Positions 1 through 6,320 of a stretch of DNA of 64,000 bases are shown here, piece after piece. The notes beneath the pieces were generated by a model. It was given only the letters and a program-made list of their open reading frames with translations. It ran no database searches and was not told where the DNA came from. Both the position numbers and the translations under genes were made by a program. Numbering within the stretch: the stretch's first letter is position 1; each line of letters opens with the position of its first letter. The stretch is taken from contig JACPJN010000007.1 of assembly GCA_016187515.1 (NCBI GenBank), forward strand, positions 140,336 through 204,335, given 5' to 3'. The stretch comes from Candidatus Uhrbacteria bacterium (GTDB lineage: Bacteria; Patescibacteriota; Patescibacteriia; GWA2-47-26).

Positions 1-446
1 CAGTGCTGACTGGGGCAAATTTCCAGATCAAAGACAAGCAGAAACCCGCACCCCGGCTGCGGACAGCGCACGGACGCTTGCTGGGGTTTTCCCAGATCCT
101 CAATGGAAGTTTCCAGCGGTTTTTGGTGGACAGGGCATCTCTCCAGCGTAGGAACAGCAAGCATTGCTTCCTCCTTGATTTGGCGGTTGACTGGGCCTGA
201 TTGGGTTAGGTAAAGAGCAAAACGAAATACCACCGGTACCTCCGGTGGCTTGCTGACAAGGTGAACTCTTGGAACTCCCTTGCTATGGTATCCTTACCAG
301 CTTAGCCACCGGAAATACGGAAATAAGCGTCGCTTTCACGTTAAGCGCGACGATCTTGCCGCAATTCTTAATGGCTTTCTGGTATGGCATACTTATGCAC
401 TTTATCACATCGCCACTTTCTTTGTCAAATCCAGGTGGGGATAAAC

Positions 447-1037
447 TTAAAATCCCAGCTCTTCCCCCACCCTCTTATATTCAAAAATCTCCGGATGCTT
501 GCCAAACCAATGCTTGATTTCATGCTCGGCTTCTTCCGGGGTCTCTGACACATGCAGTATGTTCTGCACCGCCCGTTTTTCTTTATTAGCTATCGCGGCA
601 GAATCACCTGAAAAATCGCCGCGAATCGTGCCCATCTCCGCAAGCACCGGCATGGTGTTCCCGGCAAGTTTGCGCACTACATCAATGGCGTGCGGACCTT
701 CAACTACGGCTTTAACCAGCGGGTAAGATACCATAAAATCAATAAGCCAGCCGCGCACCATTTTCCCAATCGCGAGTTTGTCCGCCGTGCCAAATTCTTT
801 GCGCGCATTGTAGCCGTACTTTTTATAGGTCAACAGGGTTTTTTCGCCAAGCCGCGCGATCCACTTTTCATCTTTGGGATAATGATCGTCAATCTGCTTA
901 CGCGTCGGCTTAAACATTTGCAGTGCGACAATTTTAAGTCGGCGCTGCTCAATGCGGGAGATTACCTCGCCAATCAGACCCTTGGCCACGCCGTCGGGTT
1001 TAATCAGCACGAATACGCGTTCTTGCTTATGGTTCAT
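447..1037 (-). CDS. ndk: nucleoside diphosphate kinase (long form with about 50-aa insertion)
   Basis: VFVLIKPDGV N-terminal motif, NILHVSE active-site His region and GDFSGD are NDK signatures. ORF 447..1064 trimmed to the MNHKQ start because the N-terminal extension overlaps the putative promoter. Confidence 0.82.
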   Translation of the reverse strand: MNHKQERVFVLIKPDGVAKGLIGEVISRIEQRRLKIVALQMFKPTRKQIDDHYPKDEKWIARLGEKTLLTYKKYGYNARKEFGTADKLAIGKMVRGWLIDFMVSYPLVKAVVEGPHAIDVVRKLAGNTMPVLAEMGTIRGDFSGDSAAIANKEKRAVQNILHVSETPEEAEHEIKHWFGKHPEIFEYKRVGEELGF

Positions 1038-1046
1038 ATGCCAAAT

Positions 1047-1075
1047 ACCATACCACACCCACAAGAACTTGACAA
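1047..1075 (-). promoter_or_regulatory. candidate sigma70-like promoter for ndk (TTGTCA, 17 nt, TATGGT), giving a near-leaderless mRNA
   Basis: Minus-strand -35 TTGTCA at 1075-1070, 17-nt spacer, -10 TATGGT at 1052-1047, then ATG at 1037-1035. Confidence 0.3.
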
Positions 1076-1099
1076 ATTCCGCCCACTATGATAGTGTAT

Positions 1100-1557
1100 A
1101 AACACGTAAGAAAGGACCGGCGCGGGTCCGCAAGGGCCTGGCTGGTCTAAGGGTTGTATGCGGAGGAGTCCGCCTGAACCTTCGCACAGTGGGGTAAAGA
1201 GACACTAAAAATCAACAGGTGGAATCAACAGATGGGTAAAATTGCCGTCTCACCCGGTCCTGTCGCGCGCAGGGCTGAAACCTCATACTTTCTTCGCACC
1301 TTCACCACAGTCGGGCATGGGAGTCATGGGTGTTGTCGGGTGGCAGCACACCTAGCGGGACTCCCGGAGAATGATTAGCAGTCACAATGCGCCTGACTGT
1401 GGCGCCACCTTTGTGGAACAGTTGTGGAAGCGGCGTAACCCCCTGGAGGAAGCATGCAGCACAAGGCCAGGGCCCAGCGTCCGTGCGCCACATCGTTGCA
1501 TTCCACATTCCCCCCCGAACCGTCACTGCGGCGCGGGGGGGGTTTTCTTTATTTTTT
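1100..1557 (+). ncRNA. candidate structured non-coding RNA, unclassified, in the ORF-free GC-rich gap between ndk and comEC-C
   Basis: About 450 bp with no credible ORF between two minus-strand genes. Multiple stable hairpins, e.g. GGACCGGCGCGGGTCC at 1114-1129 and GCGGAGGAGTCCGCC at 1160-1174, plus CCCTGG(N20)CCAGGG at 1441-1472. Plus-oriented intrinsic-terminator-like structure at the 3' end. Confidence 0.3.
1510..1557 (+). terminator. intrinsic-terminator-like hairpin (C7 / G8 stem) followed by TTTTCTTTATTTTTT on the plus strand
   Basis: CCCCCCC at 1510-1516 pairs with GGGGGGG at 1536-1542, then a T-run at 1543-1557. Plus strand only; on the minus strand an A-run precedes the hairpin. Overlaps the comEC-C stop codon. 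Confidence 0.4.
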
Positions 1558-2652
1558 CCGCTGCACGCGATATTGAAGCGCGGTTCCATCACTTTCAAAC
1601 ACCACATCCCCATCCTGATCATTTCTCAAAATCTCCACCCCTTGCTGTTTTAGTCGCCAGAGAGTTTGAAAATGCGGATGGCCAAAACGATTTTTGCGGC
1701 CGGATTGAATTACCGCATACTTTGGCGCCACCGCTTGCAAAAATTCTTTACTGGTTGAGGTTTTTGAGCCATGATGCCCGACTTTCAACACGTCTGAGCG
1801 CAGACGTGAGTCATCAGTTATCAGTTCACAGTTCACAGTTTTGTTTTGACACTTCCGTGAACCGTGAACCGACGACTGTGGACTAAGCAACGCGTCCTCC
1901 ACCCCTTCTTCCGCATCTCCGGTAAATAGAAAACTGGTTTTGCCATAAGTAAGTTTAGCCGCAATTGAGGTGGCGTTCAATCCTCCATCCGCTTCGCTTT
2001 TCTCGGCAATACGTTTTCCCGAAAGATCTTCTTGCGGCCAAAGAATTTCAAGTTTAGGTATTGGTATTTGTGATTCGTTTGGAAATTGGGAATTGTCTCC
2101 CTTTGGGAGATCTTCCGTAGGGAGAGAAATTGGAAATTCTTGGCTGGCTTTTGCGACCGCCATTGGGATCTCTCTATTCTTTATCTCTTTTAGCCACTCC
2201 AGATATTCGTCGGTGGTGTGCAGGACTCCGGTGGCCAATACCTGCTTCACGGTAAACCGTCGCAACACCTCAATTTGTCCCACGAGATGATCCGCGTGCG
2301 GATGGGTCAAAATCAGGAGTTCAATGGTCCGGTCCCAAAACGGTAAAGTGCGGCCCAATTTTTCCACCACCCGCGCGGATGGCCCGCCATCAATGAGTAC
2401 ATCAAATCCCTGCGCGGTACGCACATGAATCGCATCCCCCTGCCCCACATCATAAAAATGCACCGTAAGCGGCGCACCATCAGGGATGCCTTGAAACCAC
2501 AGCACGGAGGAAAGCGCGAAAATCCCCCAGACCCAGCGTGCCGCGGTACGATACTGGGGCGGTACCAGTGATCGGTACCCTTTGTAGATTGTCTGCTTCA
2601 GATCCGCCGCCGCTTCAGTTAATCGGGTTAAGCGAACTGCCGTTTTGAGCAT
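1549..2652 (-). CDS. comEC: ComEC/Rec2-family metallo-beta-lactamase domain protein (standalone C-terminal module of the competence channel) with N-terminal TM helix
   Basis: HFYDVGQGDAIHV, LILTHPHADHLVG and KVGHHGSKTS motifs of the ComEC C-terminal MBL domain. TM helix RWVWGIFALSSVLWF. Confidence 0.8.
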   Translation of the reverse strand: MLKTAVRLTRLTEAAADLKQTIYKGYRSLVPPQYRTAARWVWGIFALSSVLWFQGIPDGAPLTVHFYDVGQGDAIHVRTAQGFDVLIDGGPSARVVEKLGRTLPFWDRTIELLILTHPHADHLVGQIEVLRRFTVKQVLATGVLHTTDEYLEWLKEIKNREIPMAVAKASQEFPISLPTEDLPKGDNSQFPNESQIPIPKLEILWPQEDLSGKRIAEKSEADGGLNATSIAAKLTYGKTSFLFTGDAEEGVEDALLSPQSSVHGSRKCQNKTVNCELITDDSRLRSDVLKVGHHGSKTSTSKEFLQAVAPKYAVIQSGRKNRFGHPHFQTLWRLKQQGVEILRNDQDGDVVFESDGTALQYRVQRKK

Positions 2653-2671
2653 AAGAAAGTTTATTATCCCG

Positions 2672-2703
2672 GATCTATTATAAGCGATCGCTTATAATAG
2701 ATC
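2672..2703. promoter_or_regulatory. 32-bp perfect palindrome GATCTATTATAAGCGATCGCTTATAATAGATC (operator/promoter-like; TATAAT on both strands), 20 bp upstream of the comEC-C start
   Basis: Self-complementary over all 32 bp. Core GCGATCGC. Near-identical to the palindrome at 3350-3379. Confidence 0.55.
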
Positions 2704-2734
2704 TTATTCAGTATCGGCTTTTGAATTGCTACTG

Positions 2735-3337
2735 TTAAATCTTGAGCTTGCGCAAAAAACGTACGCTGCATTTTTTACAATCCACCTCTAAAACCTCGAA
2801 GAAACGCTCCAATCCGATATATTTCAACAATTCATCAATGCTGGGACGCGGATCACAGCGTGAAATCCAGATACTCCGCTGCAGCATGATAAATCCCCCC
2901 TGCTTTAGTAGCCGCCGAAAAAATTCCCGATGCGCCCGCTTGGATTCCGGCACATCATACATCGCCAGCCACAGTCGGCCATCGCGTTTTTTCTGATCGG
3001 GATTGCGCATCTGCATGAGAAACTGCAGTCGGAGAACTTCATACTTACCCTTGGCAGTTAGTTTGACAAGCTGCCGCTCGCCTTCTTTCACGGTTTCAAT
3101 ATAATGCTGATCCTTCAGATGCTTAATGCGCTGCCGCAGCCAATCGCGGTCGCGTAGGCGCCGCCGACGCTCTCGTTCACGGTAACCCCCCAGTCCTATC
3201 GCACTTTGACCGCGGCGCACATAACCCGGGATGTGGATAGAATCGGGGTTCATGTTGGCGGCCTGTAATTCCAGCAACGCAATCTGAAATTCCATTAATT
3301 CTAGGCGTATACTCATATCCTTCTGATTGTACCACAT
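2735..3337 (-). CDS. winged-helix + Cas2-like (PaaX-like) small protein; putative transcriptional regulator
   Basis: C-terminal segment RLWLAMYDVPESKRAHREFFRRLLKQGGFIMLQRSIWISRCD matches the Cas2 beta1-alpha1 pattern (xxVxxYDV..KR..k..kxLxxyGxrxQxSvf.c). N-terminal part has a wHTH-like pattern. The longer ORF (to 3463) reads through the palindrome and the comEC-N 3' end, so a start at M43 (3337) or M50 (3316) is preferred. Confidence 0.5.
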   Translation of the reverse strand: MWYNQKDMSIRLELMEFQIALLELQAANMNPDSIHIPGYVRRGQSAIGLGGYRERERRRRLRDRDWLRQRIKHLKDQHYIETVKEGERQLVKLTAKGKYEVLRLQFLMQMRNPDQKKRDGRLWLAMYDVPESKRAHREFFRRLLKQGGFIMLQRSIWISRCDPRPSIDELLKYIGLERFFEVLEVDCKKCSVRFLRKLKI

Positions 3338-3349
3338 TAACTGCGCGGG

Positions 3350-3379
3350 AGCTATAATAAGCGATCGCTTATTATAGCT
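3350..3379. promoter_or_regulatory. 30-bp perfect palindrome AGCTATAATAAGCGATCGCTTATTATAGCT (twin of 2672-2703), overlapping the comEC-N stop codon and 13-42 bp upstream of the Cas2-like gene
   Basis: Perfectly self-complementary. Differs from the first palindrome only by a TTA/TAA swap in the arms. TATAAT present on both strands. Confidence 0.55.
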
Positions 3380-4916
3380 CCGATTCCTCTGACTGAATAA
3401 GCGGCGATTTTTGCTGCGGATTTTCCTGACGTTTCCATTGCCGCATTGTCCAGACGATCGCACAAAATAAAACTACGGCGGATAAAAAAGAAAGACGAAT
3501 TTGAAAAACGCCAAATTGGGCCAGCCACTCCGCGATACGCACGATGTATTGAAGCGGCACGCGCGCGACCAGGGCAATCCCCAAGCCGAAAGGACGCCAG
3601 AGGAAATCCGCAACTACGGAGAGGAATCCCAGCGCCATCACCGCCGGAACCATGGGCACCACCAGAATATTAGCGAACAGCGAAAAGGGGCCCAAAATGC
3701 CGGTGTGATAGAGCAAAAGCGGAGTGGTAAACAGCAGGGCCGCCACTGAAGCCGCGCCAGCTTTGCGAATTTCCCAGACCTCGGGAAGCTTGCGCACCAG
3801 AGTACGCCGCGCAATATCATCAGCAAAATATATCAGCGCGATGGTGGCGACAAAAGAAAGCAAAAATCCTAAATCAAAACGCAGCAGCCGAGGATTAACG
3901 GCCAGCATTATCACGCCGGCCAGCGCGAGAGCATTGCGCGGATGGCGCGCGCGGCCAACTCCCTGCGCCAGAGAAACCAGCGAGCCCATAATCGCGGCGC
4001 GCACCACCGAGGATTCCGCGCCCGTGGCCAGCACAAAGACCAAAATCAAAAGCAGAGTTACGGGCAAGGCCTGTTTACGAGTCAGCCCCACATACACCAA
4101 GCCCCCCACCAGCACCCAAGAAATAATGGTGATGTTATAGCCGGAAAGCGCGGTGATATGGGCCAGACCAGTGGCGCGGAAGGCCTCTTTCAGCTCGCGC
4201 GTTAGACCAGAAGTATCGCCATAAAGAATTCCCGCCAGCAGTCCCCCGTAGGGATCGGGGAAAAGAGATTGCAGGCGAGAGTGGAAAATTTCACGGATTT
4301 GATAAAGTACGCCTCTCACCCCGCTCATCTCCTTAAGTAGCGCGGGGGCTAGTCCCCCGCTTGGCGGCACATTAAATGCCGCGCTACGCATCACAGAAAC
4401 ATGTTCCGGAAACGCGCAGGAAACATGAACTCCTTCGCGCACCGCCCAACGTTCATAGAAGGAGAGCGGCTGGGGTGCGCATTTAATAAAAAGTTCATCG
4501 CCAAAACGATACTCCGGGTATGTTGGCGCGTTAAGCAGCAGCTTACCGCTGGGGGCGGACAGTTGGAGGATATAGGCCGTGTTTTTTTCTCGCTTCCGGG
4601 GCGGACTATCCACTAAGCCGCGAACGGATATTTCCTGTCCAACATAGTAGGCAATATGCCGGGCGTTAATAACCGGTATAACTTGCGCGAAACGAAAAAC
4701 GCCAAGAAAAAATATTCCCAGCGCCAAGATCCCAATGACGGTTAATCGGGAACCCCCGAAGCTAAAACCGAGCGCGGATAAAACGCCACAGCCAATAAAT
4801 AAGGCGTACCAGATAAACGGCGGAGTAATCAGCCGATCCGCGGCGATCAAGGAGTGCAGTCCAATGCCGGCGATAAACGCGCAGCAAAAAGCAAAAAATG
4901 CCTTGGATTTGGTCAT
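3372..4916 (-). CDS. comEC: ComEC/Rec2 competence protein, polytopic membrane channel module (DUF4131 + competence domain)
   Basis: Many TM helices and a TALSGYNITIIS-type competence-domain motif. The start is placed at MTKSKAFFAF. The ORF's upstream extension overlaps the CGAAT repeat region. Confidence 0.75.
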   Translation of the reverse strand: MTKSKAFFAFCCAFIAGIGLHSLIAADRLITPPFIWYALFIGCGVLSALGFSFGGSRLTVIGILALGIFFLGVFRFAQVIPVINARHIAYYVGQEISVRGLVDSPPRKREKNTAYILQLSAPSGKLLLNAPTYPEYRFGDELFIKCAPQPLSFYERWAVREGVHVSCAFPEHVSVMRSAAFNVPPSGGLAPALLKEMSGVRGVLYQIREIFHSRLQSLFPDPYGGLLAGILYGDTSGLTRELKEAFRATGLAHITALSGYNITIISWVLVGGLVYVGLTRKQALPVTLLLILVFVLATGAESSVVRAAIMGSLVSLAQGVGRARHPRNALALAGVIMLAVNPRLLRFDLGFLLSFVATIALIYFADDIARRTLVRKLPEVWEIRKAGAASVAALLFTTPLLLYHTGILGPFSLFANILVVPMVPAVMALGFLSVVADFLWRPFGLGIALVARVPLQYIVRIAEWLAQFGVFQIRLSFLSAVVLFCAIVWTMRQWKRQENPQQKSPLIQSEESEL

Positions 4917-4921
4917 GGGGT

Positions 4922-4968
4922 GCGAATTGCGAATCAAACCCGAATTTACGAATCTGCGAATTCGAAAT
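4922..4968. promoter_or_regulatory. cluster of six CGAAT direct repeats (GCGAATTGCGAATC...CCGAAT...ACGAAT...GCGAAT...CGAAAT) immediately upstream of comEC-N
   Basis: Repeats at 4923, 4930, 4941, 4949, 4957 and 4963. The 14-mer GCGAATTGCGAATC recurs as ACGAATTACGAATC at 31752-31765. Confidence 0.4.
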
Positions 4969-5053
4969 TCGCAAATTCTCCGCCCAAGGCGCTGTGCCCG
5001 CCTTGGGCTGGGGATCCGCCTCGGGCGGAGAACCTCATTCGTTATTCGCACCC

Positions 5054-5386
5054 TTATCTGCGGTCATCAAGATCGCGCAAGGCAATCTTTTTTACCAAAT
5101 CCGAAAGCTGATGTTCGAGGTTTTCGAGCTTTCCAAAAAGCCGAAACACCGTATAAAAAAGCAGAATTACGGAAATGTAAAATACCGCGTCCGCTCCGCG
5201 GCCAACCCCGAGGAAGGTCGCGAGGCGGTTGGTAATTTGCGGTACCCAGACCAGCGCCCCGGCGGCAATCCATAGAACAATCCAAAATAAAAATCCGGCG
5301 CGAGAAATTGCTCCGTGCTTAAAGCGGCGGATTACTCCACTTGCGGCAATCAGCGCCAGGATGGAAATCAGGGGTTTAATCAGCAT
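5054..5386 (-). CDS. small membrane protein (DUF2304-like, typically partnered with GT2 / GtrA-type genes)
   Basis: 110 aa with 3 predicted TM helices. Lies directly downstream of a GT2 gene. Confidence 0.45.
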   Translation of the reverse strand: MLIKPLISILALIAASGVIRRFKHGAISRAGFLFWIVLWIAAGALVWVPQITNRLATFLGVGRGADAVFYISVILLFYTVFRLFGKLENLEHQLSDLVKKIALRDLDDRR

Positions 5387-5398
5387 ATTGCAGTAAAT

Positions 5399-5484
5399 TA
5401 AGTGAATAAGTTGTAAGTGAGTAAGTTGTAAAGTAACCTACTACTCACAATTACTTACTACTTACAACTTACTTACTTACACAC
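5399..5484. repeat. long imperfect inverted repeat built from GTAAGT / ACTTAC (TTGTAAGT) units
   Basis: Left arm taagtgaataagttgtaagtgagtaagttgtaaagtaa, right arm tactcacaattacttactacttacaacttacttacttac. A 12-nt exact complement (taagttgtaagt) plus flanking partial complementarity. Confidence 0.5.
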
Positions 5485-5492
5485 TAAATTTA

Positions 5493-6245
5493 CTATCGGA
5501 AGAACTTCAACACAATGAGTTTCCAGAGCGTTTCCAGTCCTCTTAAAAATCCCTGGCCTTTGGAAAGCGAATATTTATCGTACTTAACCGTAATCGGCAC
5601 TTCCGCCATTTTGAGTTTTAAGCGGGCAATCTCGCGGATAATTTCGGAGGAAACCTCCATGGTGGAGGTGCGCAGGCGCAACTTCTCGGCGGCTGCTCCG
5701 GAAAAGGCCCGAAAACCGGACTGACTATCAGTTACCCATATTCCGAACAGCAGCCAGGTAAAAAAGTTGCCACACCAATTCCCTATCTTCCGTGTTATTG
5801 GTATCCACCGTGCTGTCCTGTTGTCATGCTGTCCTGTTGTCATAAATCTTGAACCGATCACCACCTCCGCTTGCCCCTCCAGGATTGGCTGTATCACCCG
5901 CGCTATCTCGGCGGGATCATGCTGAAGATCGGCATCCAGAGTAACAATTATTGAGTTATTAGTTATTGAGTTATTGGTTATTAGTTGAATTGCTCCGTCA
6001 ATGCCGGTAGAAAGCGCCGCGCCCAGTCCGCGATTAATCGGGTGACGCAGCACGATCGCGCCGGCGGCGCGCGCAACTTCCGCAGTGCGATCAGTGGAGC
6101 CATCGTCAACTACAATAGTTTTAACCCCCTCTTCATCTCCCCCTTGAAAAGGGGGAGAAAGAAAGGGCTGCATTTTACATTTCCCCACCACCTCACCCAC
6201 CGTGCGTTCTTCGTTATAAGCAGGGATTACGACTACGACTTTCAT
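5493..6245 (-). CDS. GT2 family glycosyltransferase (polyprenol-phosphate sugar transferase, DPM1/GtrB-like)
   Basis: VVVIPAYNEE, VVDDGSTD and LDADLQHDP motifs. Contains an in-frame palindromic insert (MQPFLSPPFQGGDEEG) and two in-frame tandem duplications. Confidence 0.8.
   Translation of the reverse strand: MKVVVVIPAYNEERTVGEVVGKCKMQPFLSPPFQGGDEEGVKTIVVDDGSTDRTAEVARAAGAIVLRHPINRGLGAALSTGIDGAIQLITNNSITNNSIIVTLDADLQHDPAEIARVIQPILEGQAEVVIGSRFMTTGQHDNRTARWIPITRKIGNWCGNFFTWLLFGIWVTDSQSGFRAFSGAAAEKLRLRTSTMEVSSEIIREIARLKLKMAEVPITVKYDKYSLSKGQGFLRGLETLWKLIVLKFFR
6136..6158. repeat. CTCCCC-GGGGAG palindromic element copy a (TCTCCCCCTT GAAA AGGGGGAGA), in-frame inside the GT2 CDS
   Basis: Perfect hairpin. 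Encodes a P/G/E-rich loop absent from the other GT2s in the window. Confidence 0.6.
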
Positions 6246-6264
6246 AGTCCATTAGTGTAACACA

Positions 6265-6292
6265 AGGGGCCGGGTTTTCAAACCCGACCCCT
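6265..6292 (-). terminator. strong hairpin (13-bp stem, 1 mismatch) downstream of the FN3 surface-protein gene; possible terminator
   Basis: AGGGGCCGGGTTT tc AAACCCGACCCCT, followed by a direct repeat TCATGCTTCCTA x2 at 6296-6323. Confidence 0.3.
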
Positions 6293-6320
6293 AATTCATG
6301 CTTCCTAATTTTCATGCTTC

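Noticed and set aside
1-446. Possible partial gene or small ORF at the window start (e.g. minus-strand 35-aa ORF MPYQKAIKNCGKIVALNVKATLISVFPVAKLVRIP; plus-strand ORF 3-200).
   Set aside because: No recognisable motifs. Too short or truncated to support a call.
1038-1064. N-terminal extension MWVWYGIWH of the ndk ORF.
   Set aside because: It overlaps the likely promoter, and the conserved NDK N-terminus begins at MNHKQERVFVLIKPDG.
1245-1365. Minus-strand matches to three RNase P RNA conserved motifs in the correct order: GGGAGTCCCGC, GGTGAAGGTGCG and ACAGGACCGGGTGAGACGG (compare ACAGAACCCGGCUUAUCGG).
   Set aside because: Spacing between motifs is about 45 nt each, versus about 160 and about 120 nt in bacterial type A RNase P. 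The flanking lengths are also wrong, and the P4 pairing is only partial.
1441-1472. SRP RNA domain IV-like sequence CCCUGG-AGGAAGCAUGCAGCACAAGG-CCAGGG.
   Set aside because: Contains GGAAGCA but lacks the conserved GGAAGCAGCCAAGGCAG arrangement and the GNRA-closed helix 8. Not convincing as 4.5S RNA.
2684-3368. GCGATCGC (cyanobacterial HIP1-like octamer) at the cores of both palindromes.
   Set aside because: Only about 3 occurrences in 64 kb, versus roughly one per kb in HIP1-rich cyanobacteria. Not a HIP1 genome signature.
3338-3463. Upstream part of ORF 2735-3463 (MRSSGQCGNG...SYNKRSLIIA).
   Set aside because: It translates the 30-bp palindrome and the 3' end of comEC-N in another frame. 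Read-through of flanking sequence rather than real coding.
4983-5035. GC-rich hairpins (GCCCAAGGCG/CGCCTTGGGC and TCCGCC-TCGG-GCGGA) downstream of the DUF2304-like gene.
   Set aside because: Not followed by a U-run on the minus strand, so not a canonical terminator. Possibly structural, but unsupported.
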